This document shows, piece by piece, positions 46,085 to 55,666 of a DNA stretch of 60,249 nt. The notes below the pieces were generated by a model. It saw nothing but the letters and a program-made list of their open reading frames with translations, was not told the DNA's origin and searched no databases. The stretch comes from Deltaproteobacteria bacterium (GTDB lineage: Bacteria; Myxococcota; SpSt-1050; JACRCP01). Position numbers and translations under genes: made by a program. Numbering within the stretch: position 1 is the stretch's first letter; every line of letters starts with the position of its first letter. The stretch covers positions 1 to 60,249 of the forward strand of contig JACRCP010000392.1 of assembly GCA_016218965.1 (NCBI GenBank), read 5' to 3'.

Positions 46085-46939
46085 ATGGCCATAATCGATC
46101 TTCACGAGCAGTCCAAGAAGTATTCGTGCGGGGCAGCGTGTCTCCGCAACGCCCTTCTAATACTGGGGACGCGCAAGCGCGAGGCCGTGCTTCGCCACGC
46201 CGCCCACACGAACCACGCCGGGACCAGCGAAGTGAACCTTAGGCAGGCCGCCGAGAGGTTCGGCTACCGTCTTGACGAGTTTGCCGAGTTCGACAAGGAC
46301 AAGGGCGGCGCGGCGTACCGCCGGCTGGTCGGGGAACTGCGGCAGTTCACGCCTGTCCTGCTCTGTGTCGACGATTTTCAGCACTGGGTCCTGGCCATCG
46401 GGATCCTCGACCGGAAGATCGCCATAGCGGACCCCGCCAAGCACGAAAGGCCTCCTTTTGGCCTCTACACGCGGGGAGGGTTGCTCAAGCGCTGGTGGAT
46501 CATCGATCCCGACAAGGGCGAGCAGCCGCAGTATTTCGGGATGGCTGTGCGCCCCGAGACCCCGCTCGCCAAGGCACGGGCCCGAAAGGCGCTCAGGCTC
46601 ACCGAGGACGTGCTCGGGACGCTCCAGCGCGACGACGACACCGATATCCACGAGGCGGCGCACGATCTTCGGAAGGTCTTTGCCGGGGCGAAGCTCCCAA
46701 AGCGAAACGGCAACGGGCACGTCCCGGCGGGCGATTTCCTTGCGAAGCACGAAGACGTCATCCTAAACGCCATAGGCTATTGGCATTCCGACTCGGACAT
46801 CAAGCTCCTGCGCCCGGCGTACCAGACCTACAAGGACGTAGCCCGCGCGCTGGACTACGCCGTCCCCGAGAAGGTCGAGAAGAAGGTCCTGGTGGAGCTG
46901 ACGGCCCTGATCACAGGGCTGGTCTACGAGATGCACTGA
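46085..46939 (+). CDS. Stand-alone peptidase C39-like protein with an uncharacterised helical C-terminal domain
   Basis: QSKKYSCGAACL, GTS, HWV and IADP give the Gln plus Cys-His-Asp set; no ABC domain or signal peptide. Confidence 0.8.
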   Translation: MAIIDLHEQSKKYSCGAACLRNALLILGTRKREAVLRHAAHTNHAGTSEVNLRQAAERFGYRLDEFAEFDKDKGGAAYRRLVGELRQFTPVLLCVDDFQHWVLAIGILDRKIAIADPAKHERPPFGLYTRGGLLKRWWIIDPDKGEQPQYFGMAVRPETPLAKARARKALRLTEDVLGTLQRDDDTDIHEAAHDLRKVFAGAKLPKRNGNGHVPAGDFLAKHEDVILNAIGYWHSDSDIKLLRPAYQTYKDVARALDYAVPEKVEKKVLVELTALITGLVYEMH

Positions 46940-46972
46940 AAAAGGCCGCCCGGGTTTCCCGCGGGCGGCCTC
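46939..46972. terminator. Intrinsic terminator between convergent genes
   Basis: AAAAA-GGCCGCCCG...CGGGCGGCC stem; U-tract on the minus strand. Confidence 0.75.
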
Positions 46973-46994
46973 CTGTTCCAAAACAGCGTGTCGG

Positions 46995-49900
46995 TCAGGG
47001 CGTCACGAAGACGTCGCAGACGTACGAGCCGGGCTCATCGCCGCCCGGCGGGATGTTGCCGTACCCCTGTTCGGCCATCACCTGCACATAGTATGTCCCG
47101 CTCGCGGGGAGCACGAAGTCGACGATCTCGGAGTACCAGTTCCCGAAATCAATGTCGTCCTTCGCGTCGGCGGACAGCGCGTTGCCGTTTGCGTCATAGA
47201 GGGCGAGCTTGGTATCCGTGATGTCCGGGCTCGCCCCGGGGTACGTGCGCACCGTCAGCTTCTGGCCGGCGGTGCCCGCAAACGAAAACCAGTCTTCGAG
47301 GTCGTCACCCGCCGTCTCCCAGAACTTGAGCGTCCCTTTCGCGGCGGCGGGAAGCGCCGGGAGCGCGGTCGCGTGCGCGCGGTCGTCGTTCGCCTCGACT
47401 TCTGCCACGGGCGTCCCCTGGACGCTGAAGGGCAGGCCGTTTGCGCGGACCCCGGGGCTGAAGAGCGCGCCGTTTGCGCCTGTGGCCGTCGAGTGTTTGA
47501 CGAAATTTCCCGTGATGTCCGGATCCCGCGTGATCGACTGGCCGTCGTTCGCCACGTTCCCGAACGTGTGGCTCGCGACCGTCGTCGCTCCGTCCTTGAT
47601 CGACACGGTGTCGCCGGCCGAGGTGATCTCCAGGCCCCTGGACACCACCAGGACGGCGCCGCCAAACGTGCCTGCCGGCGCGCCGCCGCCGAACACCAGC
47701 AGGACGGCGTCCGAGGGCACCAGCGTCCCGCACGCGAATTTGTGCACGGCCTTCGTTCCGTTGTGAAGCGAAAGCGTCGAGAGGTTCAGGTCACGGTCCG
47801 ACACGTTGACGACCTCGACGAACTGGTCCTCCGCGGCGTCGGTCGTCCCGTCGCCGTTCGCGTCTCCCGCCGCGCCGGCCGGGACATCGGCCAGGATTTC
47901 GTTGAGCACCAAATCGCCAGCCACGGGGGCGCCGGCGCCCGGGGAGCAAGTTTCGAGCATGAATTCGAGCACGTAGCTGCCCGCGACCGGACCGTAGTCG
48001 ATCTGCGGTTCGACCGAGAGGTAGAACGTCCCGTCGTACGGGATTGGCCACTTCTCGAAGCCCGAGTAGTAGGTACTGCCGAAGTCGTCGTTGCTCGCGA
48101 GCTCCGCGCCTGTCTCGTCGAGGATCCGGAGCATGGTGTCGAGGATCTCGGGGGCGGCGCCGCCCGAGAGGCGCGCGGTGAGCATCTGGCCGACGACGGC
48201 CGTGAACTTGTACACGTCGGCCATGTCGGTCTGGGTGTCGCCGTCGAGCGTTCCGAACGCCAGCTCGGGGTTCTGGTCGAGCAGCTTCGCAGTCGCGATG
48301 TCGTCGTTGGGCTCGGTTTCCTCGATTGACGGGATGTCGAACGCCGTGATCGAGAGGTCGAACTTGAAGTCCGGACCGCCCTCGCCCGCGTAGTCGGAGA
48401 TCCCGATCATGAACGTGGCGTTCTCGACAAAGATCCGTTCGAGCGCGACCGCCGTTTCGATCCCGTCGCCCGCGGCGTCGATCGGCGTGTGGAAGTCCGG
48501 GGCATAGAGCGCCACGTACGGGAAGAACGCCGCGTTCGCGCCCACCGCGTTTTTCACGGAGATGGTCACGCGCTGGGCCTTCTTGACCGGGAACTTGTAG
48601 AACTTGTACGTGCCGCCCGGATCGATTGCCTCCGTCTTGACGAACGGCAGTGACGAGGCGGTCTGCGCAACGAGCGTTCCCTTTTCGCCCTTGAGCGAAT
48701 AGACGTACTCGGTCCCGCCCACCGGGTCGGGGTTGTCCTGGGTGTTCCGGGAGTCCGCCACCAAAACGTAGTACTTCCCGTCCTCGGGGATGAGGGCGTC
48801 CGCCCGCGAGTCGAGGCCGACCGAGTTGTTGTTGATCCCGATTACAACGGGGTAGGGGCCGAGGATGGTGTCGACCACCTGGTAGATACCGACGAAGGAG
48901 TCGAGCGGTGAAGACGGGGTCTTCCTCTCGGCCTCGATGCTGAAAGTCACGAAGTCGCCGGCCTTTCCGTCGAACCAGAAGAGATCGATGTCCGGGACCT
49001 TGATCGGGTCGCCGTATTCGTCAACGCCGTCCTTGGCGACGTCGATGAAGCCGTCAATGGTCCCGGGGAACGGGAACGGGAAGGCGGTGTCGAACCCGTC
49101 GTTGGGTTCCGCCTCCTGGTCCGGCGGCAGCGCGGACACATCGAGCTCATAGTCGGTCTCCTGTTCGGTATAGAACGTCGCTTCGACGACGATGATGTGC
49201 TCGCCGCTTCCGGCGGTGTAGGCCCGCAGGAAGGAGTCGAGGATCGGGGGGTCGACGTTGACGTTGATGTTGTCGTGCGTGCCGACGACCGTCTTGCCCG
49301 CCGCGTCGAACAGAGTCACGACCGTGTCGAGCGGGGAGGGGGTCGGGAGCCTGCCTGCGAAGGTCTCGATCTGGAGCAGTTCCTTGCCGGCCGGGGTGTG
49401 GGCAAAGAAGTCCGGCTCGTCGACCTTCATCTGGTGGGCGTCGTGGTGCGGCAGGGCGCCCAGCGGCGCGGCAGTGAAGCCCGCGTACACGACGGTCAGG
49501 GTGTATTCGTACCCGATGCCGCCGACGTTTGACGGGTAGTCGCCGAGGTTGTTGTAGTCGCTCACGATGATGACATACGCGCCGTCTGAAGGGATGAACA
49601 CCGACATCGCCGAGGTCTTGTCGGCCGTGAGGTAGGCGCCGCGGAAGAAGACGTACCCGCGGGTTTCGGGGTCGACGACCATCACGACGGGATCGAGCTG
49701 GTCCTTTGCGACCAGTTCGACACGCACGTAGTCGCCGGCCTTCGCCGTGAACTGGAACCCGTCGTAGTCCGGGATGGTGAGCGGATCCCCGGTGTTCGGG
49801 TCGGTCGTTTCGGTCGGGGTGTCGATGTTCCCGTCAATGATGACAGGCGGAGTGATGTCCTGATAGACCCACTCGAAAGCGGCCGGATCGAACCCGTTCG

Positions 49901-50252
49901 GCTCCTGCTCGGTCGTTTCCGTCGGGCCCGCGTCTGCCGGGCCCGCGTCTGCCGGGCCTGTGTCTGCCGGGCCTGTGTCTGCCGGGCCGGTGTCTGCCGG
50001 TCCCGTGTCGGCGGGTCCCGTGTCTGCCGGGCCCGTATCCTCGACGCCCGTGTCGGTGCCCGCGTCCTGTCCTCCGGCGTCGGCCTTTCCGCCGGTGTCC
50101 GGCTTTTCGCCGGCGTCCTCGCCGGGGCCACCCGTGTCGGTTTCGGGCCCGGCGTCCTTGGCGCCGTTCTCCTCCGAGCCTCCCCCGTTGCAGGCCGCGA
50201 GCGTCGCAGCCAGGAGCAGCGATAACAACAAAGACATTCTTTTCAGGGACAT
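46995..50252 (-). CDS. Large surface lipoprotein with multiple PPC-like domains and a lamin-tail domain
   Basis: Lipobox LAAC; DTGPA repeats; recurring E.EPN[DG]...D.D.Y.F and G.YY motifs; LVLNEILAD...DQFVEVVN lamin-tail motif. Confidence 0.8.
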   Translation of the reverse strand: MSLKRMSLLLSLLLAATLAACNGGGSEENGAKDAGPETDTGGPGEDAGEKPDTGGKADAGGQDAGTDTGVEDTGPADTGPADTGPADTGPADTGPADTGPADAGPADAGPTETTEQEPNGFDPAAFEWVYQDITPPVIIDGNIDTPTETTDPNTGDPLTIPDYDGFQFTAKAGDYVRVELVAKDQLDPVVMVVDPETRGYVFFRGAYLTADKTSAMSVFIPSDGAYVIIVSDYNNLGDYPSNVGGIGYEYTLTVVYAGFTAAPLGALPHHDAHQMKVDEPDFFAHTPAGKELLQIETFAGRLPTPSPLDTVVTLFDAAGKTVVGTHDNINVNVDPPILDSFLRAYTAGSGEHIIVVEATFYTEQETDYELDVSALPPDQEAEPNDGFDTAFPFPFPGTIDGFIDVAKDGVDEYGDPIKVPDIDLFWFDGKAGDFVTFSIEAERKTPSSPLDSFVGIYQVVDTILGPYPVVIGINNNSVGLDSRADALIPEDGKYYVLVADSRNTQDNPDPVGGTEYVYSLKGEKGTLVAQTASSLPFVKTEAIDPGGTYKFYKFPVKKAQRVTISVKNAVGANAAFFPYVALYAPDFHTPIDAAGDGIETAVALERIFVENATFMIGISDYAGEGGPDFKFDLSITAFDIPSIEETEPNDDIATAKLLDQNPELAFGTLDGDTQTDMADVYKFTAVVGQMLTARLSGGAAPEILDTMLRILDETGAELASNDDFGSTYYSGFEKWPIPYDGTFYLSVEPQIDYGPVAGSYVLEFMLETCSPGAGAPVAGDLVLNEILADVPAGAAGDANGDGTTDAAEDQFVEVVNVSDRDLNLSTLSLHNGTKAVHKFACGTLVPSDAVLLVFGGGAPAGTFGGAVLVVSRGLEITSAGDTVSIKDGATTVASHTFGNVANDGQSITRDPDITGNFVKHSTATGANGALFSPGVRANGLPFSVQGTPVAEVEANDDRAHATALPALPAAAKGTLKFWETAGDDLEDWFSFAGTAGQKLTVRTYPGASPDITDTKLALYDANGNALSADAKDDIDFGNWYSEIVDFVLPASGTYYVQVMAEQGYGNIPPGGDEPGSYVCDVFVTP
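49920..50039 (-). repeat. 15-bp coding tandem repeat, 8 units (DTGPA x6, DAGPA, DAGPT)
   Basis: Visible GTCTGCCGGGCCYG periodicity and the translated repeat. Confidence 0.9.
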
Positions 50253-50311
50253 GAAATCCTCCTTCCCCGTACGACGAGGAAAATCACTGCCGGCGGACAT
50301 CGCCAGCTTGG

Positions 50312-51454
50312 TCACTTTTCGTTAAACTTGAACGCGTACAGCATTTTGTCGAACGACGCGACGTAGAGCATGTTGCCGTCGACGACAGGGTCGGCCTCGA
50401 TCTTGCCGGCGGTCTTGAACTTGTAGATCGGCTGGAGCGTGGCCCGGTCGAGGACGTACACGGTGCCGTCCCCCTGCCCGCCGGCCGTGATGACGTAGTT
50501 TTTGAAAAACGCCGGGTATGCGACTATCGGGCCGGCGGTGGCGAACTTTCCCTTGAGCGCGCCGGTTTTTGCGTCGAGGGCGTACAGGTTCTTGTCGTTG
50601 CTTCCGCAGTAGACCACGCCGTCACTCACGCGAGGGCTCGAGTTCACCCACTCGCCGGTCTTGTACGCCCAGACCTTGTTCCCCGTGGTGGCGTCGATGG
50701 CATAAATGTTGCCGTCGTTGCTTCCCACGTAAACGATGCCGTCCTCGACAGCGGGCGAGGAGGTCACGCCGTCGTCGGTCTTGAACTTCCACTTGAGCTT
50801 GCCGTCCGCAGTGTTCACGGCGTACAGGTGGTGGTCGAGGTTGCCGACGTAGAGGACGCCGCCGGCTGTCACCGGCGACGAGTACGAGAACTCCCCGACG
50901 ACGAGCGGGGGTTCGGCAGGCGGCGGAGGCTCGGCGCCCTCGGCGGGGGCCGGAACCGGTTCGGGCTTGGGAGGGAACACCCACACCGTTTCGCGGGTCT
51001 CGCCGTTGAGGGCATAGATGTGGCCGTCATACGAAGTGAAGTACACGATCCCGTTCTCGATCACCGGGTCGGACTTGATGGGCTTTTTTGTCGCGAACTT
51101 CCACTGCTCGCGCCCCTGGCTGTCAATCGCGTAGAACGTGTAGTTGATGCTCCCGAAGTAGAACTTGTCCCGGTAGAACTTGGGGGAGGCGATCACGTTC
51201 ATCGACGAATTGAACCGCCACTTGTACACCGCCGTGTTCTTGTCGATGGCGGTCACGGCGCCATCCTCGTTGCCGAACACCAGCATGTCCTTTGTGACCG
51301 CGGGCGTGGAATAGATCGGCGCCCCGCCGGCAAAAGTCCAGGCGAGCTCGACGGGGTCCTTCTTGCATCCCGAGAAAGCCACCGCCACACAGGCACAAAG
51401 CACCGCCGCGCAGACGCGTGCGGCCATGTCGGTGCGAAGTCTGCGATCGTTCAT
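50312..51454 (-). CDS. PQQ-like beta-propeller repeat lipoprotein (BamB-like)
   Basis: Lipobox FSGC; repeated SSP.V..G.VY.GS.D..LYA.D..TG...W; minus-strand TTGACT-17-TAGGGT at 51534-51506. Confidence 0.88.
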   Translation of the reverse strand: MNDRRLRTDMAARVCAAVLCACVAVAFSGCKKDPVELAWTFAGGAPIYSTPAVTKDMLVFGNEDGAVTAIDKNTAVYKWRFNSSMNVIASPKFYRDKFYFGSINYTFYAIDSQGREQWKFATKKPIKSDPVIENGIVYFTSYDGHIYALNGETRETVWVFPPKPEPVPAPAEGAEPPPPAEPPLVVGEFSYSSPVTAGGVLYVGNLDHHLYAVNTADGKLKWKFKTDDGVTSSPAVEDGIVYVGSNDGNIYAIDATTGNKVWAYKTGEWVNSSPRVSDGVVYCGSNDKNLYALDAKTGALKGKFATAGPIVAYPAFFKNYVITAGGQGDGTVYVLDRATLQPIYKFKTAGKIEADPVVDGNMLYVASFDKMLYAFKFNEK

Positions 51455-51572
51455 CGTTCCCTCCTTGGAATCGGGTAATCTGCGACGCCCAATTGAATGC
51501 GGCCCACCCTACAACGGGCAAAAACGGAAGTCAAACGGCAAATTGCCCTCTCGGATTTGAAATACGCGGCGG

Positions 51573-51740
51573 AACACCCCACCCCGGCACGTCCTTCCTC
51601 CCCGGCTCGCGAATGCTCCGCCGGGTGTTTCATTGCTTTCGGCCCAAAGTCGGGGCGAGCCGGGGCTCCAGGGCGCGTCCAGCCTTCGCAGCCGAAGCCG
51701 CTGCTTCGGCGGAGTAGGCCCGGGGTGGGGCTCCGGGTGT
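51573..51740. repeat. Nested inverted-repeat structure containing a short palindromic element
   Basis: CCCCACCCCGG pairs with CCGGGGTGGGG; CCCCGGCTCGC pairs with GCGAGCCGGGG; inner GCCGAAGCCGCTGCTTCGGC hairpin. Confidence 0.65.
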
Positions 51741-51779
51741 TGACTGCGGACGTACTCCGGATGGGAGTTGCCTCCTGCC

Positions 51780-54170
51780 TCATTTGGTCACGCAGCACCG
51801 GAAACCGAGGGTGTCGCGCATCTCGGTCAGCGGCAGGGGACTGGACTGCCCGTCGAGGTAGTTGAGATCCGACGAGCAGGTCGAGTTCAAGTCGGTGCTC
51901 GCGTAGCTGCCGCCCATGATCTTCCGGTCGCCGCTCGACGAATACTGCGTGTCGGTCCACTCCCAGACGTTGCCGCTCATGTCAACCGAGCCCACCTGCG
52001 AAATGCACCTGACGTACGACCCCGTTTTCGCGGGGGACGTGGCGCCGCTGTTGACGAGGCACGCGGCCGCGTCGTACGTGTTCCCGTAGGGGTAGTTGTT
52101 GGTCTGCGGCCCGGCGCACGCGGTCTGCCACTCGTTGGCCTTGCAGAGCCTCTTCCCCGAGTTGGCGCAGACCTTCTTGGCCTGGTGGTACGTGACGTTG
52201 TTGATGGGCGGCATCCCCGCGACCGCGGCCGCCCGGGCGGTGGTGTCGGTCCCGTCCTCGCCGCCCAAGTCGCCGTCCCGAAGCGACGCCTCGAACCTGT
52301 CGACGCACGCGGTGAGTCCCGGCAGGTAGATCATCCCCGACGGGCACCCATCGGTTTCGATGGTCCGGCACGACTGCTGCCAGCAGAAAGTGCCCGGGTC
52401 GCACGCGGGCGTGCACCCGGCGTCCTCGGGCACGCAGGCGCCGTTGTCACAGGCGAAGCCGAAGTCGCACGGCGGGAAGCACTTTTTGACGCACTGCCCC
52501 TGGATGCACTCTTCGTTGGTCCCACACGGCGGGTTGCACTGCGGCGGGGGGCAGCTCAGGCAGATCCCGGTGGTGCCCCGGAGGATCCAGCACTGCTCCC
52601 CCCCGCAGTCGGCGTTCGATGTGCACACGGGGACGCAGGTGGACGTGAACAGTCCGCACACGAGTCCCTGCGCGCACTCGCTCCCGCCGGCTGTACACGC
52701 CTCGCCGCACTGTTTGCCCGGGTACACGCAGGCGCCGCCTTGGCAAGTCCCGTCGGGCTGGCAGTCACCGTCAACCGTGCACGCGATGCACCTCCCCGGG
52801 GTCGTGGCCGTGTCGCATTTCATGGGCGGGGGGCAGGCATTGGAGTCCCAACAGCCGGGTATGCAGCCTCCGTCCACACAGACGCTTCCGATGGAGCACT
52901 GGCCGTCGTCGAGGCATTCGACGCACTTTCCCGTCGAGACCTCGCAGTGCCCGTAGGGGCAGTCGGCGTCGCCGGTGCACTTGACCTGGCAGGCGTTCGA
53001 GACGCACTTCGAGCCGCTGCCGCAGTCGGCGTCAAAGAGGCACTCGACGCACGTGCCGTTTGCGCCGATTGAAGGCTCGCACTTGAGCGGCGGCTGGCAG
53101 TCGCGGTTTGACGCGCACCCGACGACGCAGTTGTTGTCCGAATCGCAGATGTTCCCGAGCGGGCAGTCGTCGGTGATGAGGCACTGCACGCAAAGACCGG
53201 ACCCGGTGTCGCACCTGAGCCCGCCGCAGTCGTTGTCGGACGAGCAGATGGTCACGCAAATGCCGTTTCGGCAGGCCTGGTTCCCGGATGTGCAGTCGGT
53301 GTCCCCAAGGCACTCGACGCAGGCGCCGTGTTTGCCCTCGGCGGGGTCGCAGAGCAGCGGGTCGGGGCAGTCGCGCATCGAGGCGCAGCCCGGGACGCAT
53401 GCGCCGGTTTCGTCGCAGATGTTCGCGATGGGGCACTGGTCGGTGCTCACGCAGTCGACGCACTGCTGTGTCTGCGTGTTGCATCGCCGCCCGGGGCAGT
53501 CCAGGTCGCTGGTGCAGGCGAACGAGCACTGCCCGTCGTTGCACTGGTAGTTCCCCGGGCAGTCCTCTTTGGAGAGGCACTGGACGCATTCTCCGTTTGC
53601 GCCGCGGGCGGGGTCGCACACGAGGCCGGCGGGGCAGTCGCGGTTCGAGCGGCAGCCAGTGACGCACTTTTCATTGACGCAGAGCTCTCCCAGGTCGCAC
53701 TCGCTGTCGGCGTGGCAGGGCGCGCCGCTCTCGGGTTTGCAGGCGTTTGACTGGCAGACGAAATCCGCCGCGCAGTCGCCGTCCTTGAGACACTCGACGC
53801 ACAGGCCGGTCAGCGTGTCGCACTTCCAGCCGTCGCAATCCGCGTCGCTTGCGCAGATCGTCTGCGGCTTGCAGGCGCCGCCGATGCACGATTCGCCCTC
53901 GGCGCAGTCAAGCGCGCCCAGGCACTCGACGCATCCGCCGGTCGAGAGCTGGCAGTGCGGGGTGGGTGACTCGCAGTCCGCGTCGCGCCCGCAGCCGCCG
54001 CCCCCGCCGTCGCCGCCCGACCCGCCGCCGTCCCCCTTTTTCCCTCCATCGTCTGCAACCCCGCCGTCCTCGTCGCCGTCGTCCGTCCCGTCGACCTTGG
54101 CGCCCGACGTGCAGCCGACCAGGGCAAAACACAGAACCCCCGCGAGCAACAGACACGCTTTGAACTTCAT
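51780..54170 (-). CDS. Cys-rich repeat lipoprotein with a C-terminal FGE-sulfatase (SUMF1/EgtB/PvdO)-like domain
   Basis: Lipobox LVGC; many CxxDxDC...C...GxCV[EQ]C repeats; CVDRFEA, GKRLC..EW, DMSGNVWEW and GFRCC. Confidence 0.88.
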   Translation of the reverse strand: MKFKACLLLAGVLCFALVGCTSGAKVDGTDDGDEDGGVADDGGKKGDGGGSGGDGGGGGCGRDADCESPTPHCQLSTGGCVECLGALDCAEGESCIGGACKPQTICASDADCDGWKCDTLTGLCVECLKDGDCAADFVCQSNACKPESGAPCHADSECDLGELCVNEKCVTGCRSNRDCPAGLVCDPARGANGECVQCLSKEDCPGNYQCNDGQCSFACTSDLDCPGRRCNTQTQQCVDCVSTDQCPIANICDETGACVPGCASMRDCPDPLLCDPAEGKHGACVECLGDTDCTSGNQACRNGICVTICSSDNDCGGLRCDTGSGLCVQCLITDDCPLGNICDSDNNCVVGCASNRDCQPPLKCEPSIGANGTCVECLFDADCGSGSKCVSNACQVKCTGDADCPYGHCEVSTGKCVECLDDGQCSIGSVCVDGGCIPGCWDSNACPPPMKCDTATTPGRCIACTVDGDCQPDGTCQGGACVYPGKQCGEACTAGGSECAQGLVCGLFTSTCVPVCTSNADCGGEQCWILRGTTGICLSCPPPQCNPPCGTNEECIQGQCVKKCFPPCDFGFACDNGACVPEDAGCTPACDPGTFCWQQSCRTIETDGCPSGMIYLPGLTACVDRFEASLRDGDLGGEDGTDTTARAAAVAGMPPINNVTYHQAKKVCANSGKRLCKANEWQTACAGPQTNNYPYGNTYDAAACLVNSGATSPAKTGSYVRCISQVGSVDMSGNVWEWTDTQYSSSGDRKIMGGSYASTDLNSTCSSDLNYLDGQSSPLPLTEMRDTLGFRCCVTK

Positions 54171-54231
54171 TTTCCTGCCCTCCACGGCATCCGGCAATGC
54201 CTGACATACTACGGCGTCCCCCGCCGCCCGC

Positions 54232-54278
54232 TGTGACTCAGGTCACGGAATCCTAAAAGCCAAACCACGCTTTGTCAA
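54232..54278 (-). promoter_or_regulatory. Sigma70 promoter with an adjacent CRP/FNR-like box
   Basis: Minus strand TTGACA (54278-54273), 17 bp, TAGGAT (54255-54250); TGTGA-CTCAGG-TCACG at 54232-54247. Confidence 0.55.
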
Positions 54279-54322
54279 ACCCGGCTTGATCGCGCCGGCG
54301 TTTTCGGATACCAAGAAAAGCG

Positions 54323-55651
54323 ATGAAGTACTTCATCGACACGTTCGGGTGCCAGATGAACGTCCGCGACAGCGGCGAGATGGCCGACGCTTTGCGCGAG
54401 GCGGGGTACGAGCCTGCCGAGGCGCCCGGGGAGGCTGACCTCATCCTCGTGAACACCTGTACGGTGCGCCAGAAGGCGGCGCACAAGGGGGTCTCGGCGG
54501 TCGGGCGTTACGTAGCGCTCAAGAAGGAGAACCCCAAACTCGTTGTCGGCGCGTGCGGGTGTTACGCGCAGGAGGCGGGGGAGCGGCTTCTTCAAGAGGT
54601 CCGCGGCGTCGACATCGTCGCGGGGCCCGATGCCAAAGGTCAGATCGCCTCGCTTGTCGAGGAGAGGCGGGGCACAAAAAAGCCGGTGGTCGCGACGGAG
54701 CTTCACGGGTCGGGCGGCGGGGCGAGTCGGGATTCCCCGGCCCCGACGTCGCGCCGGCGGACTCCGGCGGGCCCGACCGCGCTCGTCACCATCATGCAGG
54801 GCTGCGACAACTACTGCTCGTTCTGCGTCGTGCCATACGTTCGCGGGCCCGAGGTGAGCCGCCCGCCGGACGAGATCGTCGCCGAGGTCCGCGACCTTGC
54901 CGCGATGGGCGTGCGCGAGGTGACGCTTCTGGGTCAAAACGTCAACTCGTACGGGGCCGGGACCGGCGCCGACTTCGCGGCCCTTCTCGACCTCGTCTGC
55001 GCCGTTTCGGGGATCGCCCGCGTGAGGTTCACGACGTCGCACCCGAAGGACCTGACGGAGCGCCTCGCGGAACGGTTTGCGACTCTCCCGGCGCTCATGC
55101 CGCAGATACACCTTCCGGTTCAGAGCGGATCGGACACGGTGCTGGCCCGCATGAACCGGAAGCACACGCGCGGGGACTATCTCGACAAGGTCACAATGCT
55201 CCGGCGGCACCGCCCGGGGATCGCCGTCACGACCGACATCATCGTCGGGTTCCCGGGCGAAACGGCCGGCGACTTCGCGGCCACGATTTCGCTCGTGCGC
55301 GAGGTCGTTTTTGACGGGGCGTTCTCGTTCAAGTACTCGCCGCGCCCCGGGACCGCGGCCTCGCGCCTTGATGACGACGTGCCGCCGGACGAAAAGTCCA
55401 GGCGCCTTTCGGTGCTCCAGGAGATCCTCGACAGGATGGCGTTCGAGCGCAGCCGCGCGCTTGTGGGCGCCGCCGTCCCGGTGCTTGTCGAGGGGCCCGC
55501 GCGCGACCCCGGGACGGTCTTCGGCCGGACCCCCTGCAACCGCGTGGTGAATTTTGTTGGCAACGGGCACGACATAGGCGCTATATTAGAAGTCGACGTG
55601 AACGAGGCGTTGGCCCACTCGCTCTTGGGCATGCCCTCGCCGCCCCGCTGA
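54323..55651 (+). CDS. miaB: tRNA-2-methylthio-N6-dimethylallyladenosine synthase MiaB
   Basis: TFGCQMN..DS, NTCTVR, GCDNYCSFCVVPYVRG, LLGQNVNSYG, IIVGFPGET, YSPRPGT and a TRAM tail. Confidence 0.96.
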   Translation: MKYFIDTFGCQMNVRDSGEMADALREAGYEPAEAPGEADLILVNTCTVRQKAAHKGVSAVGRYVALKKENPKLVVGACGCYAQEAGERLLQEVRGVDIVAGPDAKGQIASLVEERRGTKKPVVATELHGSGGGASRDSPAPTSRRRTPAGPTALVTIMQGCDNYCSFCVVPYVRGPEVSRPPDEIVAEVRDLAAMGVREVTLLGQNVNSYGAGTGADFAALLDLVCAVSGIARVRFTTSHPKDLTERLAERFATLPALMPQIHLPVQSGSDTVLARMNRKHTRGDYLDKVTMLRRHRPGIAVTTDIIVGFPGETAGDFAATISLVREVVFDGAFSFKYSPRPGTAASRLDDDVPPDEKSRRLSVLQEILDRMAFERSRALVGAAVPVLVEGPARDPGTVFGRTPCNRVVNFVGNGHDIGAILEVDVNEALAHSLLGMPSPPR

Positions 55652-55666
55652 TGAAGGAGCTTTCAG

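Noticed and set aside
49920-50039. Periodic repeat as a possible CRISPR array
   Set aside because: 15-bp units without spacers, encoding DTGPA in frame; no cas genes.
51500-51570. GGCAAA motifs suggestive of a c-di-GMP-I riboswitch
   Set aside because: No GAAA-capped P2 or downstream GCAAAGC element; better explained as a minus-strand promoter.
51780-52400. DGR target (CLec/FGE fold variable region)
   Set aside because: No reverse transcriptase or template repeat in the window.
54700-54780. Possible palindromic insert in the miaB interdomain linker
   Set aside because: The linker is naturally variable and the hairpin matches none of the other repeat families convincingly.
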